A stretch of DNA of 64,000 nt from Takakia lepidozioides (lineage: Eukaryota > Plantae > Bryophyta), in assembly GCA_030704615.1 (NCBI GenBank), contig CM060731.1:37448001-37512000 (forward strand), given 5' to 3'. The notes beneath the pieces are model-generated. The model searched no databases. It worked only from the letters and a program-made list of their open reading frames with translations, and was not told the DNA's origin. Below, one piece after another: positions 62,251 through 64,000 of the stretch (positions are counted from its first letter, which is position 1; the number at the start of each line of letters is the position of its first letter). The position numbers and the translations under genes are program-made.

Positions 62251-64000
62251 TCTCGCACAATCCTGCAGCACAGCTCTTGCTGATCTCCTCGCATTCCATA
62301 TCCACAAGCCCAAAAAATCCGGAACAGGCTCGGCACTGAGGCTGCGGAGAGCCACGCAGCCACAAAGAGCAAAAATATCGGCTAAGCCTTAGCCTCGTTC
62401 TTGGCTCGGCAATGCTCTAATAGCCACTATTCTGGCTCAGAATACAGGTTCGGGGCAATCTTAGACTGCCCACCCTTCCGAACCTACCGCCGAACCGAGA
62501 TTTGAGGATTTGCTTTCTGGCTGTTTTGAGATTTCACAAAGCTTCTGACAGGTAAGAGCTTTCCATAATCTTGGCCATAGTCAGAAAGAGAAGTTCATAT
62601 TGGAGATGATTCAGGCAATCAGCCGCATCACTGGTCCAGTTTGATCACAATGTCTTGCTGCTGAGATGCTTGGGGGAGAAAATCCTGAGGGTGATCCAAC
62701 ACATCTCTCAGGACACAACAAAATGCTTCTTGTCCTGCACCCAAGATTTTCCAGGATCTCTACTCTGGAAGCTCGAACAACTCCGAGGACTCTGCGCTGT
62801 GTTACGCACTAGGTGAGCATCATAGTTGGCATGGTGCATTTGAAGTTTCAAGTACATTACTGCAGGCTGCAAATGTTGATACCAAATATGGTAAAGAAAG
62901 AGAGAGTGGAATTGTTGCATTCATATCATACTGAGTAGAGACTAGAGACGCCCGGCCAGCTGGGCCTATATTGCCCTGTCACGCTTGAATCCACTTCAGG
63001 AAAGTTGCCATGATGTTTCTGCTTCTCATGACCTGACGCATTGTGGTACTGGAACTTTGACTGAAGATCCACTTATCATATTAGATATATTAGTGCTCCC
63101 ACACCACTGATAGTCCCACAAGTTTACCTGAAAATCCCAGATAGGGAAATGGCATACTCAGGTTTACATGCACTCCCACATATCATCCTTGGCTTAAACA
63201 CAGAATGTTGTGGAATCTGCATGACTTTTGCCCATTGAAAGATTTAGACCAACTTTGTGAGATTACATGCCCAATACTCGCACAACAACAGCTCCATGCC
63301 TGTAATCTCAGAGTGTTGAAGTAAGCTCTGTTTTGTGCCTTCTCAACTTCCATCTTCTGGGTCATTGTGGACACCGTCCCAAGGCAACTCATTCATCCTA
63401 CCACGGAGGCCTAGTAGCTTTCCTGTAACTACTGTTCAGCAGACTCCTCACACTTCACCATGCTTTTGACTCTTTCTGCATGGTTGACCTGTTCCTCTTT
63501 CCAGAAAGCAGATACTGGGTAGGAGAAGAAATGGGCTTTATATGAGAGTGAGTTAGAAACAGAGAAAGAGAAAGAACATATAAGAATGCTAAGATACTTT
63601 TCTCTCATGATGGTTGTGCTGCAGGCTTGTCACCCTCAGCCTCCTCAGCTTCTTTTCCTTGTGGCTCAGGAGCACCCGCAGGTTCATCATCCTCAGGGAG
63701 TTGAGGGGGCGGGGGCAGTGTCCCTTCGACCATGCCCAAAAATTGATCTACAAGTGAGCCTGACAGCCGCTCATCACAGTCTTCCACTATCTGTCACTCA
63801 TGGCAACATGATCTTCTGTAAGCTCTTTGGGGTTTCTGTGGATGTTATCCAGTTTCTTTCTTTCTTTTGTCCCCCCATCTGCTCCGTGCAAACTGGCAAC
63901 TAGGTCTATGAATACAAAGGTGCAACAATAAAAATCTCATGAACGCCTGAGAATCATTCTCACCCCCTTTCTCTTGCCCCGGCTCTGCCCAAATTGAAAT

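Noticed and set aside
63180-63810. Possible gene fragments at the window end (acidic/Pro-rich 60-aa ORF)
   Set aside because: Short, stop-interrupted, no recognisable domain; may continue outside the window.

Overview
Eukaryotic land-plant nuclear DNA with spliced GT-AG genes; the gene content and compactness suggest a non-seed plant, but the taxon cannot be determined from the sequence. Host genes: a head-to-head pair of G-type lectin S-domain (SD2-like, non-RD) receptor kinases (596-3545 minus; 5502-8643 plus), an HSP20-like/ACD gene, mitochondrial ribosomal protein mL40, an intronless LQY1 and a 6-exon FLAP1 (DUF1517), plus Mpv17/PMP22 and PLS-PPR pseudogenes. The centre (~15-44 kb) is a transposon nest. 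It holds a non-autonomous hAT-like element with an 8-bp TSD and a large decayed CACTA/EnSpm element (TnpD-like and TnpA-like genes, right TIR ending at 40516). A full-length Galadriel-like chromovirus LTR retrotransposon (24705-31663) has inserted into the CACTA element. The most unusual signal is a SET-domain (lysine methyltransferase-fold) gene directly upstream of the CACTA transposase. Its first coding exon (a CxCxxC...H transposase-associated-type Zn motif) can splice in phase either to the SET module or to the TnpD exons, and a second inverted copy of its 5' part lies at ~42.9-43.7 kb. All calls were made by eye; no database searches were run.
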